Below are positions 61,620 through 64,000 of a DNA stretch of 64,000 bases, one piece after another. The translations under genes were made by a program, and so were the position numbers. This DNA comes from Camelus ferus (lineage: Eukaryota): contig NC_045711.1 of assembly GCF_009834535.1 (NCBI RefSeq), forward strand, positions 20,150,001-20,214,000, read 5' to 3'. Position 1 is the first letter of the stretch. Every line of letters starts with the position of its first letter. Under the pieces are notes generated by a model. That model was given only the letters and a program-made list of their open reading frames with translations. It had not been told where the DNA came from and searched no databases.

Positions 61620-62675
61620 ATGTGCGCCCCGGTCAGCCTGCGGCATGAGGCGGAGGGCATGTCCTACCTGCACGCGTCCTGGGTGTATCAGCTTCAACAT
61701 GGCGACCAGCTGAGGGTTTGCTTCGCTTGCTTCAAGGCTGCCTTTCTGGACTTTAAAGAGTTTTTGGAGGAGGAGGACTGGGAAGATGAAGACTGGAACC
61801 CTGAGCTGGTGGTGCACACGGGGGCGGGGTCTGAGCTGGGGGCATCCCCGGGGGTGGGGCCCGGCTGGGGGCAGGCCCAAGGGGGGCCTGCCCAGGGCGG
61901 GGCTGTGGCCTGGGGGCCGGACCCCCTGGGGGCAGGCCCTGTGGGGTACGAGGAGGTGGGCCTGGACCATTACTTCGTGCCCACCGAGCTGGAGCCTCAG
62001 AACGCGGTGCCCCTGGGCCTGGGTCCCGAGGACGCTGACTGGGTCCAGGGCCTCCCCTGGAGACTTGGGAGGCTTCCGACCTGCTCGCACTGGCCATGCT
62101 CCTCTCTTCCCTGGCAGGGGTTTCTCAGAGTGGACCTGCCCCCAGGGGCGCCCATGGTCCTGGAGCTGGGCACCACCCAGGCCGTGGACCCTGCTGAGGC
62201 CGAGGCCTGGTTGCTGGGCCTGCAGGTCATCTGTATGGTGGGCTTCTACGATGCCATCTACTTCCGCAAGATGAAGCCGACACGGGCCCTGAGGACCCCA
62301 GGCCAGCGTTGGAAGCTGGTGCTGGAGCCCAACGAGCTGTGGGTGGTGAGACTTCAAGACGCACCCCAGGTGCAGGACCTGCACCGGTGGCAGCTCAGTA
62401 TTCTGGAATCCTCTCCTCCGGCGGGGAATGAAGAGCTGGTCCCTGCAGACTCGGCCCTGCTTAAAAGGGGATTCTCCATCCTCTCTTTTTCACCCTGGGC
62501 CCAAAGGGAGGCAGAGGAGGGGGACTCGGCACCTGGGCCACAGCCCTCCAGCCGAGGAGGGGACCCGGGCCCCAGCGGGCCCAGAGGGCCTGGGGAGGGC
62601 CTGGCCGTCCCGGGAGCCTCAGCCCCGGGGGAGCTGCCGTGTTTCCAGCCCTTCGGCCCAGGGCCCCAGAACTGA
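61620..62675 (+). CDS. TEX19: Testis-expressed protein 19, copy B (351 aa), inverted paralogue with a translation identical to copy A
   Basis: ATG at 61620; ORF-track translation identical to copy A over all 351 aa; overlapping off-frame ORFs are also identical. Confidence 0.95.
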   Translation: MCAPVSLRHEAEGMSYLHASWVYQLQHGDQLRVCFACFKAAFLDFKEFLEEEDWEDEDWNPELVVHTGAGSELGASPGVGPGWGQAQGGPAQGGAVAWGPDPLGAGPVGYEEVGLDHYFVPTELEPQNAVPLGLGPEDADWVQGLPWRLGRLPTCSHWPCSSLPWQGFLRVDLPPGAPMVLELGTTQAVDPAEAEAWLLGLQVICMVGFYDAIYFRKMKPTRALRTPGQRWKLVLEPNELWVVRLQDAPQVQDLHRWQLSILESSPPAGNEELVPADSALLKRGFSILSFSPWAQREAEEGDSAPGPQPSSRGGDPGPSGPRGPGEGLAVPGASAPGELPCFQPFGPGPQN

Positions 62676-63185
62676 GGGACTGAGGCCCGAGTGGTCACCG
62701 CTGTCCTGACTTCCCCAGGACACCAGAGGCTGGGAAGGACTGGCAGACCTGCCAGGGTAGCAAGTGGCAGAGGATGGGGACGGGGGGCCGTGGGGGAAGA
62801 GTGGTGAGTGGCCGGGAGACTGAGAAACGGGACCCATCACAGTACCAAGTGGAAGGGGTAAACCCCTGTAACTGGGAGAGAAGCTCTCTGTCAGGTGTCA
62901 CTGAGTTAGGAATTTGAGGCACCTCAGGGTGTGCAGCATTAAACTGGGAGCAGCACACAGATCTGTGCACCAGCCCTGCCCTGGCCGCATCACGTGTGAC
63001 ACACTCCCAGGAACATGCTGGACCTGGGGCACCACAGGGACATGTAACTTCTCTACCTTTGGGTGCCTCAGAACCCTGTTATCAGGACTGGGGACTCTGC
63101 AGAGGGAGAGACTTTGTTCAAATGTTGGCGATTTTATGCTGTTTGGCAATTTAGTTCCTGTTTCTTTGTATGTCGTTTTAAACTC

Positions 63186-63191
63186 AATAAA
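63186..63191 (+). terminator. Poly(A) signal of TEX19 copy B (AATAAA)
   Basis: About 510 nt past the stop; flanking sequence aligns with the copy A signal region. Confidence 0.7.
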
Positions 63192-64000
63192 ATCGTAGAG
63201 CTTTGCATTGAGCTGTTGTCCAGAGCTCTTCCTCAGACAGTCCTTGTTTATGGGCCTGCCCTCTCCCACCAGACAGATCAATCCTGGCAACACCCATTTC
63301 ACCCGTCTCCGTGACCCAGGGTGACTCAGGAAATCTAAAGCTTCCCGGTTAGGAAGCCTGCAGGTGACCGTGTCTGGGCTTTTTCGGTTTTAATTCCTGG
63401 GAAGGACAGAGGACTGGGCCAGAGTAAGTATTTCCAGAAAAGTGGAAGTGATGGTGGGCAGCGTTGGCCCAGATCTTCTGAGAACCAGGTGGATATCCAG
63501 TCCAAATCCCAAGCCTGGTTTATGGAATTTTGGACTCAGCACGCACAAACACATTCGCATTCACATTAACTCACGCCAGCAACCTATGTGACACAGGCAC
63601 GTGACATGCAGAGCTCTGGGTGACTAGAACGTCAGTAAGTTGTACCAGCGACGTTTGGCATCTGTGTGATGGCTGTTCTGCGGTTGGCGCTGGAATCAAT
63701 CAGTAAACATTTAATGGCCCCACTTGTCCACCAGCGCTGCTCCAACAGGGAGAGCTCGCGGGGTGCAGTTTCCACTCTGGGCAGGAGTCGGATGATAAAA
63801 GGTGTGGCTGAGGATGGAGAAGGTGGTGGGTGAGCAGAGTAGGTTGTGCTAATGAGGTGGGGCCTCTTTAAAACAGGCCTGACCTGAGACTCTCGGGTCA
63901 CTGCCACCCCACCCCGCGGTGTGGGAGTGCATCCTCGCGCCCTGGCCGTGTCACCACAGCTGTGAGACCTGCCACCCTCAGTCACTCTTCTCACACTGCT

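Larger units (their letters stand above)
57046..62828. repeat. Right arm of large inverted repeat (TEX19 palindrome)
   Basis: See left arm; longer only because of the expanded satellite. Confidence 0.95.

Overview
GC-rich mammalian autosomal DNA, probably from a camelid (one Vic-1-type SINE at about 6.06-6.20 kb), syntenic to human 17q25.3. Gene order: HEXD (minus strand; coding exons 2-5 are present and the gene continues left of the window), head-to-head with a complete 9-exon OGFOD3 (plus strand, 315 aa), then UTS2R (minus strand, single coding exon), then two TEX19 genes in head-to-head inverted orientation (48041-49096 minus and 61620-62675 plus, both 351 aa with identical translations). 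The TEX19 pair forms a roughly 15 kb palindrome. Its core (about 47.9-51.3 kb versus 57.1-62.8 kb) is nearly identical, while the distal 3' UTRs are collinear but heavily diverged up to their poly(A) signals. This pattern points to an old duplication kept identical by arm-to-arm gene conversion. Each arm carries a 10/20-bp-period satellite upstream of the CDS (about 1.1 kb versus 3.4 kb). In UTS2R the position of the usual mammalian start codon reads ACG, and a perfect-Kozak ATG lies 16 codons downstream. The remainder is old L1, MLT1 and DNA-transposon relics, an 80-bp minisatellite, and a 187-N assembly gap. Gene identities rest on recalled orthologue protein sequences and splice-site/phase consistency. 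Repeat subfamily calls are approximate and were not run against a database.
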